Positions 10,150-21,318 of a stretch of 27,051 nucleotides of DNA are shown here, piece by piece (the stretch's first letter is position 1; each line of letters starts with the position of its first letter). Below the pieces are notes generated by a model that searched no databases, was not told the DNA's origin, and saw nothing but the letters and a program-made list of their open reading frames with translations. A program made the translations under genes and the position numbers. Origin of the DNA: Octopus sinensis (Eukaryota); NCBI RefSeq assembly GCF_006345805.1, contig NW_021836015.1, positions 1-27,051 on the forward strand, given 5' to 3'.

Positions 10150-10545
10150 ATCTTTTATCTTCTACTTGCTTCAGCCGTTAGACTGCGGCCATGCTGGGGC
10201 ACCGCCTTGAAGAAATTTTAATCAAATGCATCGACTCCCTCCAATACTTATCGTCTTGTGCTTTTGTTTTCTTAAGCGCGGCGCTTATTCTGTGTGTTTT
10301 TGCCGAACCGTTAATGTCACGGGGATGTAAACACACCAACAGCGGTTGCCAAATCATGGTGGGACACACACACACACACAGACACACACACATATATATG
10401 ATGGGCTTCTTTCAGTTTCCGTCTGCCAAATCCACTCACAAAACTTTGGTCTACCCGAGTGTATAGTAGAAGACACTTTGCGCAAGGTGTCACACAGCGG
10501 GACTGAACCCGGAACCATGTGAATGGGAAGCAAACCTCTTAGCCC
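10150..10545 (-). mobile_element. SINE family 2, near full length
   Basis: Reverse complement of the family 2 head and core, plus the 3' tail GTGCCCCAGCATGGCCGCAGTC. Confidence 0.85.
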
Positions 10546-10687
10546 CCCCCCCACATACACTACAGCGCTCTTTCGGTTTCCGTCTAACAAATCCACTTAC
10601 TAGGCTTTTGTCTGCCACGCAGCATTCTGAACATTAACAACAACAATAATACCATTGTTCTCTATCCTTACCATCACCTATACCACT

Positions 10688-10926
10688 AAATACCTATTTC
10701 TTTACTACCCACAAGGGGCTAAAAACAAAGAGGACAAGCAAGGACAGACAAACGGATTAACTCGATTATATCGACCCTAGTGTGTAACTGATACTTATTT
10801 AATCGACCCCGAAAGGATGAAAGGCAAAGTCGACCTCGGCGGAATTCGAACTCACAACGTAACGGCAGACGAAATACCGCAAAGCATTTCGCCCGACGTG
10901 CTAACGTTTCTGCCAGATCACCGCCT
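10688..10926 (-). mobile_element. SINE family 1 monomer, full length
   Basis: Head at 10926 down to tail ...AAAGAAATAGGTATTT at 10688. Confidence 0.92.
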
Positions 10927-10994
10927 AAATACCATAGACACTACTAATAATGGCAGCAACCACACTACCATCAACACTAGCACCGGTACCATTT

Positions 10995-11131
10995 AGTCAG
11001 TTCCCCCTGTGCCACGAGGCACATAAGTCCACAACATGTTCTCTCCATCCAGCTCTGTTTACTGTCTCTGTTATGGTCTCGTTCCGGCTTCTCCCCTCTT
11101 CTCGTCTCCTTTCTTTGCCAACAGTCCTTTG
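10995..11131 (-). mobile_element. RTE-clade LINE 3' end (5'-truncated)
   Basis: Minus frame RTVGKERRREEGRSRNETITETVNRAGWREHVVDLCASWHRGN* resembles RTE C-termini (WRRTVEKE...NRxGWRxxVxALCASWH). Confidence 0.7.
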
Positions 11132-11370
11132 AGTCAGTTCCCCCTGTGCCATGAGGCACATAAAGCCACAATATGATATCTCCATCCAGCTCTATTTTCT
11201 GTCACTATTCTGGGCTCGTTTCTGCTTCCCTACCATTTTCGTCTCTTTTCCTTGTTGATGGTCCTTCAACCCTTGTGGGTTTTCAGGGCACCCTGATGCT
11301 CTCCCCACCTCAGGCTGTCAATTTAGCGACCAACATCACCTTTATTTTCAACAGCATCAGGAAAACAGTG
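11132..11370 (-). mobile_element. Second RTE 3' end of the same family, head-to-tail with the first
   Basis: RTINKEKRRKW*GSRNEPRIVTENRAGWRYHIVALCASWHRG. AGTCAGTTCCCC restarts at 10995 and 11132. Confidence 0.7.
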
Positions 11371-11379
11371 CTACTAACC

Positions 11380-11780
11380 GCCGCCGCTGCCACCATGTAT
11401 ATCAACAACAATGTTACCACTACCACCACCACCCAGCACCACCATCACCACCTCTATTAACACCATCACCACCGCAACCATCACCAACAACGCCTTCACT
11501 ACCACCACAACAACCAACAAGACCATCACTACTATCATTAATATAATCACCACCACCACCAACACCTTCACTGCCATCACCAGCGCCGCCACAATCAGCA
11601 CTACAACCACCCCCAACACCACCATCTCGACCACCACCACCACCACAATCAACCACCTCCACCACCACCACCACCACCACCACCACAATCAACCACCACC
11701 ACCACCACTACCCACCACCATCATCACAATCAACCACCACCACCACCACCATCACAATCAACAACAACCACAACAACAAA
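11380..11780. repeat. (CAC)/(CAT)/(AAC) trinucleotide low-complexity tract
   Basis: Direct reading; source of the poly-Thr/His ORFs. Confidence 0.9.
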
Positions 11781-12099
11781 CGGTTTTGTCGTCATTCATC
11801 GCCAGTCTCTATAATCACTGCGAGCAGGAATCAATGCTATCTGTTACAGACACACTTTGGTCTGTGGGTGTCAGACGCAAAGTCACACTTTAACTTTGGC
11901 CTTTCACACAACGGCAATGGACTTCTTAACAAGGAAACTGTTAAACTAATCGGTCTGGGGAATACTTCAGAAAATCTGTTTAAAACGATTGTCAGAAGCG
12001 ATTGTCTTGTTTTGTAGTTGTGATGAATGAACTCGTCTAAAAAGGCTGCGAGTTTTCTTTGTTTTTTGTTTCTGTTTTCTTACGAAGTGACGCACGTCG

Positions 12100-12808
12100 T
12101 CCGTCACCCGCCTCTGCGTGTCTTGAGAACGGAAAAAGTGGGAATATTTCGGAAAATCTGCTACTCGCCGTCCGCCTCTGAGTGTACTTGTACTTGTACT
12201 TGTGACGGCGTTCACCCAGGGCGGGTTGAGCCGGCTTCTTCTCTGGTCCTGACGGCATCACGAACCATAGCGGCCCACGTTCGACGGTCCTGTACGAGGT
12301 CACTGGAGATAGCGAGCCATTCGCGGTTCCATAGGATTCATAGAAGAAGTTTCGGGGGAATATTGAATTCACAAGCGGTCCCTGACATCCTGCATGCATA
12401 TCCCGAGTGACGAGACACCCTGTTTGCCGCGGAGTCTCCACAGACGCAGGGACAGAACGATCTCGAAGCCGCCGGTTGCCGATCAGACGCCTCTTGGAAT
12501 TTTCACCAGAGCCCCGTTGGCCACGCTGCAGCCATAATACCGCTCGGTGCCAGATCAATCCGCCTTGGGTGGCTCTACCAGGAACCGAAGTTCCCGACGG
12601 CATAGCTCTGACACTGCCCGTTTACACCACCCTACCGCTTTGAGGAGGAGTTGGACTTTAGGGTAGGGTTGGACTCTGAGTGTGACTCGTGAATAAGGAA
12701 AGTGGGAATGTTTCAGAAAATCTACCATCCGTCGTTCGCCTCTGAGTGTGACTCGAAGATGAGAAAAGTGGGAATATTTCAGAAAATATGTTTAAAACGA
12801 TTGTCAGA
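12100..12808. repeat. 66 bp tandem repeat (three units) interrupted by an RTE insertion
   Basis: AAGTGGGAAT(A/G)TTTC(A/G)GAAAAT at 12136, 12700 and 12766. The period is exactly 66 after removing the 498 bp insert plus TSD. Confidence 0.8.
12186..12673 (-). mobile_element. 5'-truncated RTE LINE with (CAAGTA)3 tail and 10 bp TSD
   Basis: Minus frame ILWNREWLAISSDLVQDRRTWAAMVRDAVRTREEAGSTRPG* (stop 12212-14). Tail (TACTTG)3 at 12185-12202. TSD CTCTGAGTGT at 12176-85 and 12674-83. Confidence 0.85.
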
Positions 12809-13000
12809 TACCTTGACGAATTCTTTGCCATGAAACCACCTCAATTCTGGGAAGAGGGTATTTTCAAGTTAAAGGAAAGATGGAGACGCATTGTGCAACA
12901 AAATGGTTCATATTTGGTTGATTAAAAATGTAATGGCAAATATTTATTGAACTTTTCCTTTCTTTTAAAAATCGGCACGAACTTTCCGGACAACCCAATA
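12809..13000 (+). mobile_element. Mariner transposon 3' end (transposase C-terminus plus right TIR)
   Basis: YLDEFFAMKPPQFWEEGIFKLKERWRRIVQQNGSYLVD* (stop 12923-25), then AAAATCGGCACGAACTTTCCGGACAACCCAA+TA. Confidence 0.9.
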
Positions 13001-13239
13001 TTAAAAAAAATTCGTTAACATATACAGGTCTTCTCAGAATTAATGTTAATAAACTCTAACAATATCTATACGCAGCGTTGCATTATTCTTAACATTTACT
13101 CACTGTGTCACTATATAGACAATATTTACATATTGTGTGTGTACGTATAATCAGAGTGGCAAATTTTAATGAACATCTGTATACTAACATTTTTATGTCC
13201 TACGGCCATTTCAAATATTGATTTACAAATACACTCACT

Positions 13240-13850
13240 CACACACACCGACATATACACACTGATACATTTATACATGTATATATACACACACATACAT
13301 ACATATATATTTATACATTTATATATACACACACGTACATACATATACATTTATATATACACACACGTACATACATATACATTTATACATAAATATGTAT
13401 ACACACAGACATACATTATAAATATATATATACTATATATATATATATATAGATTATATAAGATACACACATACATACACTTTATACAACATATGATGTA
13501 CAGATACACACAGACATACAAGTATACAGATATAATATACGAGATAATACACACACAGACATACATTTATACATAAATATATACACACACACTCATACTT
13601 ACACACATATACATTTATAAATGTATATATATATACACACACACACAAACACGTCCAAATATCAAAACACGTAAACATACACATCTATACATGTATATAC
13701 ACACACAGAAAAAAACTTAAGCTGAAACTAATTATTTTTATTGATTAATTATTGGCACGCTTAAACACATACACTGACTTACACACACACACATATGAAC
13801 ACATCTCCACTCTTAAAAATTCACACACATACACACACACACATAAACGC
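13240..13850. repeat. Degenerate (TA)/(CA) microsatellite field
   Basis: Direct reading. Confidence 0.85.
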
Positions 13851-14756
13851 ACACATGTTCCCGTACACTAAAGAGATTGTATTAGAAATAAACAGCCGTT
13901 TTAAAATACGTGAATTCAGGCTCACATATATAATATACTCGTGTATCTGAACAGGTATCCTTCATACATAGTTTCATATATATATGTACGTGTGGGAAAT
14001 GTTTCCATTTCAACCTATATAGTATCTTTATAGACGGAGCTAATTTAATATACTTATGTGTTTGCGCCTATGTATACCCATATGTGTATATATCTTTCAG
14101 CATGGACAAACGCATGTGTGTGTTAGCATATGTATTTATATGTGTACTTGTCTGGATTGGAATGTCTGTGTTTTATACATACATTTATGTAAGAATGTGA
14201 TAGTTCACTAGAACAGTAGTGACCCCAGACGGGATTAAAGAACTCGTGATTTGATAACCGCAGAGTAAATTAAATTTATTGAAATTTTTGTTGACAAATG
14301 TACATCTGTTTCGCTCCACTAAGCTTCTCGAAACACTGGCTATTAGTTTGGATTGACTGAAATACATTGACAAGTAGGTGATGAATAGTAGGAAAGGAAA
14401 AAAAAAAAAAAAAGAGTCGAGCAGAGTTTAGTTTAGTTGATCATTTAGTTATTTATCTATTTTGTTAAAAAGATAAATTGTTTTCTTGTATACGTGAACG
14501 GAAAGAGAAGAAGACGGGGAGGAAACGTTAGAGGAGATATTTATTTAGAGAGAGGGAGAATGGTCTAAAGTTTGGCAGGATATAGAAGTAGAGGTTGGCG
14601 TGTTGTTTCTACAAATATTTAAGCAAGTTTCTATAAAGTGTCTTGTGATTAATTAAGAATCTTATGGAGGAATTTGAGCGTGATTTGTACATAAACGAAT
14701 ATGATGCACTTAAGTATTTATGTATATTCGTAAATACGTGAGAAGACCAATGAAAG

Positions 14757-15086
14757 TAAGAAATGGCACTCCGTCGGTTACAACGATGAGGAGGTCCAGT
14801 TGAGCCGATCAACGGAACAGCCTGCTCGTCAAATTAACGTGCAACTGGTCGAGCACTCCACAGACACGCCTGCCCTCAACGTCGTTCTCCAGGAAGATTC
14901 AGTGTGATACAAAATGCGACGAGGCTGACCTCTTTGAAATGCAGGTGCTATTCGTGTTTGCCAGCTGAGTGGACTGAAGCAACGTGAAATAAAGTGTCTT
15001 GCTCAAGGACACACGTCGCCGGGAATCGAACTCATGACCTTACGATCGTGCGTGAGCCGATTACTCTAACCACTAAGCCAGGCGCC
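14757..15086 (-). mobile_element. tRNA-derived SINE family 3 (CORE-like domain)
   Basis: Minus strand GGCGCCTGGCTTAGTGGTTAGAG (A box), GAGTTCGATTCCCGG (B box), TGTGTCCTTGAGCAAGACACTTTATTTCACG core. Confidence 0.85.
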
Positions 15087-15350
15087 TTGAAAAACGTATG
15101 AACAGATTGGCAGGTACAGAGTAATGCCTCGATATACGAGGAGACCGTTCGTAAAACGAAAACTTGTAAAGCAGAGCAACAATTTCCCAAGGTAGCAATG
15201 TTATAAATCGTAATTCGTTCCCAGAAAAATATTTTACCTGTAAAATTTATAATACTCGTAAACAAATGGCAATAAAACAACAGCAGAATGTGAAGAATAT
15301 TTTATGTTAAGTAAAATGAATGTCAAGATCATTTATAACGGAAAAATATT

Positions 15351-15622
15351 CCTTTCTAGTCTAGGCACAAGGCCCGAGATTTTGGGGAAGGAGACCAGTC
15401 AATTAGATCGACCCCAGTACGCAACTGGTACTTAATTTATCAACCCCGAAAGTATGAAAGGCAAAGTCGACCTCAGCGGGATTCTAACTCAGAACATAAC
15501 GGCAGACGAAATACCTATTTCTTTACTACCCACAAGGGGCTAAACACAGAGGAGACAAAACAAGGACAGACAGACGGATTAAGTCAATTACATCGAACCC
15601 AGTGCGTAACTGGTACTTAATT
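15351..15622 (-). mobile_element. SINE family 1 headless dimer (tail A unit followed by tail B unit)
   Basis: Body consensus twice; junction GACGAAATACCTATTTC at about 15506-22; alternative tail CCTTTCTAGTCTAGGCACAAGG at 15351. Confidence 0.85.
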
Positions 15623-15924
15623 CATAGACAGGTACACGTTGATAGATGTATACATGTCCGTGTGTGCATGTAGACACGTGTACACAAGTATATATACACA
15701 GAAATGTGCTCGCAAAAAGAGGTGTATAAGCAATTTTATTAATATATCTCGAAATGGCAGCTTGCACAAAATTTTGCAAATGTATGCATATAGTATAGAT
15801 ATACATATACACGCGCATACATATAGATACACACACAGACACTCACATGTAACACATACATTCCAAATCCAGACAACTACACATATGCACACACACACAT
15901 GCATATGCATTTATCCACGCGGAA

Positions 15925-15955
<31 letters not shown>

Positions 15956-16019
15956 CATATATACATATATACATATATATATATATATACATATACATTA
16001 TATACATATACATATATAC

Positions 16020-16051
<32 letters not shown>

Positions 16052-16071
16052 ATACATATATACATATATAC

Positions 16072-16103
<32 letters not shown>

Positions 16104-16877
16104 ATACATATATACATATATAATTATATACATATACATATAGATATAACATATATACATACATATATACATTATATTATATATACATATACATATATAT
16201 ATATCATATATACATACATATATATATATATATATATCATATATACATATATATATATACATATATACATATATACATATATATATATATACATATATAC
16301 ATATATATATATATATACAATATACATATATATATATATACATATATACATATATACATATATATATAATAATATACATATATATATATACTAATATACA
16401 TATATATATATTCATATACAATATATATATAATATACATATATACATATATATATAATACATATATACATATATATATTATATACATAATACCATATATA
16501 TATATATATATACATATATACATAATATATATACATATATTATACATATATACATATATATATATACATATACATATATATATACATATATATATATACA
16601 TATATACATATATATACTACATATATACATATATATATATACATAAATATATATACATATATACATATATATACATATATACATATATATACATATATAC
16701 ATATATACATATAATACATATATACATATATATAATATACATATATATACATATATACATATTATACATATATACATATATAGACATATATACATATATA
16801 TACATATATATATATATACATATATATAATATACATATATATATATATACATATATATAATATATACATATATATAT

Positions 16878-16918
<41 letters not shown>

Positions 16919-16920
16919 TA
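15925..16920. repeat. ~1 kb (TA)n/(TACATA)n microsatellite
   Basis: Direct reading. Confidence 0.95.
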
Positions 16921-17628
16921 CGTATGAACAAACATACAATTATACACAATTATACATGCGCACTGAAATGGGAAATGTACATTCACAGAGTAATGGGCAT
17001 ACACATGTAAAATATGCACATACATAGTCACTCAGCTGTGCAATACAAGTTCACATAAACACAGACATTGTTACACACCCGTGAACTTATATCGGAAGCA
17101 TTTTTATTTCGTATTCACACGGAAATCCAATTGAGAATGTAGTGTAATTGCATTATCCGCAGATGCGGTATGACGCCCAAAGATGTGCAGAAAGTCAGTC
17201 AGTGTTTAGAACACACAAACAGAGAAACGACTGTGTAATTACGAGTACATGTAGGTACATATGCGAAAGAGGGGTATAATCGAAAGTGAAGCTGATGTAG
17301 TTATTAATACGGATACACATACGCGAAAATACAAAAGGAAGTATGAGGCATTATTTTGCAAACTATGGTTTTTAAAATAAGATTATGTTTTGTACAAATT
17401 TAAACTAGAATGTATGTCATGCTGCTTTAATCATCTTGTTATATATATATATATATATATATCTAACAGATCTATGGTTTAAAATTTCAGCGTTTTATAT
17501 CTTTTATGTGAACAGGAAGCCACATAAGAAGGACTGTTGGCAAATAGCATTTCAAAGCCCTGGGTGTTGCAAAGTTGTTTTTTTTCTTATTATTATAGTC
17601 ATTTGATTTGTCTAAGGGTAAAATTTTC

Positions 17629-17790
17629 TATTGGGTTGGTGTATAATTATTGCGGTTTTTTTTCAACAAATTTTATTCAATAAAAACAATAACAATATTT
17701 AACAAAAACATCTTTAAATTACGGTCTGATTGTCTGCCAACCAAATGGGAAGCAGTAATTGAAGTAGATGATTTAAAGATGATTTTGTAA
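17629..17790 (+). mobile_element. Internally deleted mariner: left TIR joined to the transposase C-terminus
   Basis: TATTGGGTTGGTGTATAATTATTGCGGTTTTT TIR-like start; DCLPTKWEAVIEVD resembles the mariner C-terminus. No right TIR seen. Confidence 0.6.
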
Positions 17791-17856
17791 CATACTGTTA
17801 TTGCTTTTGCTGATTAAATTTCAACTAAATATAACATTTGAGCACTTGTTTTCTTT

Positions 17857-18750
17857 ATTCAAAACTCAGCCACGATCACAAGTTATGTCGATGATACAAA
17901 AGTCTCACAGGTAATACAGAATCCTGAAGACACTAAGCACCTGCAATGTGAGCTGAATGAAATATACAAGTGGACTGAAAAGAATAACATGCAGTTTAAT
18001 GCTGAAAAGTTTCAAGCCTTGTGCTATCAGCATGCAAAACTAAAGGCAATATCCATTCAGTACACTGGACCTGGAGGGATTGCAATCCCAGAAGCACAGT
18101 CAGTGCGAGACCTTGGCATTTACATGAGTAAAGATGCATTCTTCCAAGTGCATGTTGCTAAATTGGAAATGAAATATAGGTGGCTGACCGGATGGATTCT
18201 TACAACTTTTAGAACAAGAAATAAGGAAACCATGATGTTTCTCTGGAGGACACTTGGCCTAAGACACTTTGATTATTGCTCTCAGCTATGGTTACCAACA
18301 CTGAGGCAATCCAACAAAGATACACGAAGAAGATAGCCTCTATGCAGCATATAAGTTACTAGGAAAGACTCAAAAGATTAAGACTCTATTCCTCAGACCG
18401 TAGGCGAGAAAGATATGCCATAATATACATCTGGAAGATCCTGGAAGGACTTGTCCCAAACTTTGGCATCGAGAGTTACACAAATACTAGAACTGGGCAC
18501 CACTGCATAGTGCCAAGGATTCCAAATTTGCCATCAAGATATAGGACAAGATACTGCAATAGCCAAAGCTTCAGAGGTCCACAGCTCTTCAATATCCCCC
18601 CGAAGATGTCTTCAAAATAAAGATGGACCTCTCACTGTCAAGTGTCCCAAATGAGCCAACCTCGCAAGAGGAAATGCAGATGAGGGCATTCGTTAAGTAA
18701 ATTATGTGCCCCAGCATGGCCACAGTTCGTGAGCTGAAACTAGATACAAA
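17857..18750 (+). mobile_element. CR1/L2-group LINE 3' fragment (RT C-terminal half plus 3' tail), decayed
   Basis: ITSYVDDTK, WTEKNNMQFNAEKFQ, VRDLGIYMS, HFDYCSQLW, then after a frameshift/deletion ERLKRLRLYSSDRRRERYAIIYIWKILEGLVPN. Ends before (TA)n. Confidence 0.9.
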
Positions 18751-18761
18751 CATATATATAT

Positions 18762-18792
<31 letters not shown>

Positions 18793-19268
18793 GTATGTAT
18801 GTATGTATATATATATATATATATACATATAATATATATACACATACTATACATATGTAAATATATATAAGTATATATATATATATACATATATATATAT
18901 AATGCATATAATATAATATATATCAATATATATATATATACATATATATACATATGTATATATATATGTATATATATATAATATATATATATATATGCAT
19001 ATATATAAATATACATATATACATACATATGCATATATATACATATACACATATATGCATATATATACATATGCACATATATGCATATATATATACATAT
19101 ATACATATATATATATATATACATATAGACATATATATAATATATATACATATATATGCGTATACAAGTATACATAAAGACTATATTATATATATATTTT
19201 ATATATATGAATATACATGTTATAAAGACTATATATATATATACGTATATATATACATAAAGACTAAT

Positions 19269-19299
<31 letters not shown>

Positions 19300-19307
19300 T
19301 ATATAAT
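18751..19307. repeat. (TA)n-rich microsatellite
   Basis: Direct reading. Confidence 0.95.
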
Positions 19308-19347
19308 TTAAAGTTACTAATAACCCTCGGCACTTTCAAATTTTATA

Positions 19348-19410
19348 ATGGAAATTGATGATGGGAAGTAAGTAAATTAAATACTTTAATCTCGAAACGC
19401 GTATGTTGCT
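19348..19410 (+). ncRNA. Degenerate hammerhead-like motif
   Basis: TTGATGA 19355-61 (C3 to T); helix II GGGA-AGTA/TACT-TCTC; GAAACGCGTA 19394-403; partial helix I. Confidence 0.4.
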
Positions 19411-19692
19411 AATCGACGTCGTGTTGATTCATTATTTTTCTCTTGGCCTACGTAAAAAAGCGTGTTACTGTCTGGGAGATTCTCACGGTAGTAGAAAACG
19501 AATTTTTAACCCCATATTTCTACATTCGGTATGTGGTGAAGCAATTATCTGAGCCCTAATTATAATTACGTTTATAATTATAGAATGTATATATGACCAT
19601 CATGCATATATATAGACACACAGACCACACACACACACACATATATATATACATACACAGACACACACACACACACACAATATATATATATA

Positions 19693-19733
<41 letters not shown>

Positions 19734-19870
19734 TATACATACATATATATATATATATATATATTATATATTATCATATGTGTACAGATGCATTTATACA
19801 TATATATGCATATACATCTTTGCATATACTTATGTATAGGCATATAAATTACATAAATTATACATACCAC

Positions 19871-19908
<38 letters not shown>

Positions 19909-20039
19909 CGGTGCTTTATTTTACTGCAAAGTAACACATTAGTATTGCAATATTTATTTTTCATTGAAAACTTTTCACTGTTCTCGTTCTGTTAACACTT
20001 AGCGTTGATGTGGCAACATTTGAAATATTGTCTAGGTAA

Positions 20040-20110
20040 ATGCAGCTGATGAAGACTAATCAAATTTACGTTGTCAAAAGTATTTGAAAAGTCAGAAACC
20101 GGTTTGACTG
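20040..20110 (+). ncRNA. Degenerate hammerhead-like motif
   Basis: CTGATGA 20046-52; helix II GACT/AGTC plus CAAAT/ATTTG; GAAACCGGTT 20095-104; helix I poor. Confidence 0.45.
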
Positions 20111-20112
20111 TT

Positions 20113-20733
20113 ATATCTGGCTGCCCAGTCCTGGCTAAGAAGGTATATATTCCCAGACACGACAGAGTTTGGACCTACATGCACTGGAAGCTATTCCAAC
20201 ACTATGGAATAACATCAGAAAAAAGACGGTATAAGCATACGCCAGAAGAAGTCGCAGAAAACGAAATAGCAACCATACTATGGGATATGCCAAAACACAG
20301 ATAGAGAAATTAAGGCCAATAGACCAGATATAGTTGTCAGAGATCATGAAAAAAAATATGCTTTCTAATTGATGTATCAATACCAGCAGATGACAACGTT
20401 TCTCTAAAAGAAATGGAGAAGCTTTCAAAATACAAAGACCTGGAAATAGAGGTAACTTGAATATGGAATCTAAAAACAGAAACAATTCCTATCATAGTAG
20501 GCGCATTTGGTATGATAAAAAATGTTCAGAAAAATTCATAACAAAAACACCAGGACTTACAAGTACATATAACATACAGAAAATAGCACTACTGGGCACC
20601 TAACACATCCTACGTAAAACACTTTCAATAGAGTAACCATAAGAGCATCACAGCAAACCACAGTACATATCTAAGGCACACAGAGCTGCGCTCGGTATTG
20701 TAGTGAAAGCACGTGATAAAAACAAGACTACTG
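20113..20733 (+). mobile_element. R4/Dong-type non-LTR retroelement 3' end (restriction-like endonuclease), decayed
   Basis: ISGCPVLAKKVYIPRHD, ILWDMP, IKANRPDIVVRD, FLIDVSIPADDNVSLKEMEKLSKYKDLEIEV, IPIIVGAFG, HILRKTLSIE* (stop 20634-36). 3' UTR runs into (TAA)n. Confidence 0.9.
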
Positions 20734-20767
20734 AATAATAACAATAATAATAATAATAATAAAAATA

Positions 20768-20812
<45 letters not shown>
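20734..20812. repeat. (TAA)n microsatellite
   Basis: Direct reading. Confidence 0.97.
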
Positions 20813-20814
<2 letters not shown>

Positions 20815-21068
20815 AGAGAGTAGACGTGATATCAATAGTATTTGGTGCACTTGGAAGTATCAGCAGTTAACTACCAACATGGCTGAAAAAAACCGGTGCA
20901 AGTGTGAAGGTAGAACACCTACAAAAATCAGAATTGCTTGAAACTACAAGAAGTCTTCGCAGGGTTATTGAAGCATGACCAGTAAACGAACGTCACCTTA
21001 GTCTGCTGGTTGTGGACAGCTGATACTTTCCATCATACCCAGCAATATAAGCTGTGAATTTTATTGCA

Positions 21069-21070
<2 letters not shown>
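20813..21070 (+). mobile_element. Second, distinct R4/Dong-type 3' end
   Basis: KRVDVISIVFGALGSISS*LPTWLKKTGASVKVEHLQKSELLETTRSLRRVIEA* (stop 20976-78). Different 3' UTR; (TAA)n on both sides. Confidence 0.8.
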
Positions 21071-21111
<41 letters not shown>

Positions 21112-21318
21112 CCTTTCTACTGTTGGCACAAGGCCTCATATTTGTGGGGAGGGGACTAGTCGATTACATCGACTCCAGTGTTTTACTCGGATTTAATTTA
21201 TCGACCCTGAAAGGATGAAAGGCAATGTCAGCCTCGCTGGAATTTGAATTCGTAACGTAGCGGCGAACGAAACACCGCTAAGCATGTCGTCCAGTGTGCT
21301 AACGATTCTGCCAGCTCG
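21112..21318 (-). mobile_element. SINE family 1 with tail B, diverged
   Basis: Head CGAGCTGGCAGAATCGTTAGCAC, body consensus, tail ...TTGTGCCAACAGTAGAAAGG running into (ATT)n. Confidence 0.85.

Noticed and set aside
11374-11893. Thr/His/Pro-rich mucin-like ORF and its antisense ORFs
   Set aside because: (CAC)/(CAT)/(AAC) low-complexity tract next to RTE debris, with no supporting splice or domain evidence.
12037-12603. 188 aa GC-rich minus-strand ORF, at first suggestive of foreign DNA
   Set aside because: It is an off-frame reading of the RTE insertion; the RTE C-terminus, tail and TSD explain the region.
14300-14345. Minus-strand GAAACAGATGTA with a short helix II
   Set aside because: Core is too far from CTGANGA (TTTCGAGAA) to call.
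14995-15086. tRNA gene
   Set aside because: A and B boxes are present but continue into a SINE core and tail; no acceptor stem. The same applies to the other SINE heads.
12968-17660. The two mariner-like TIRs as ends of one element
   Set aside because: They face outward and differ in sequence after the first 10 bases.
17924-17965. CTGAAGA...GAAA inside the LINE
   Set aside because: Falls in RT coding sequence with no supporting helices.
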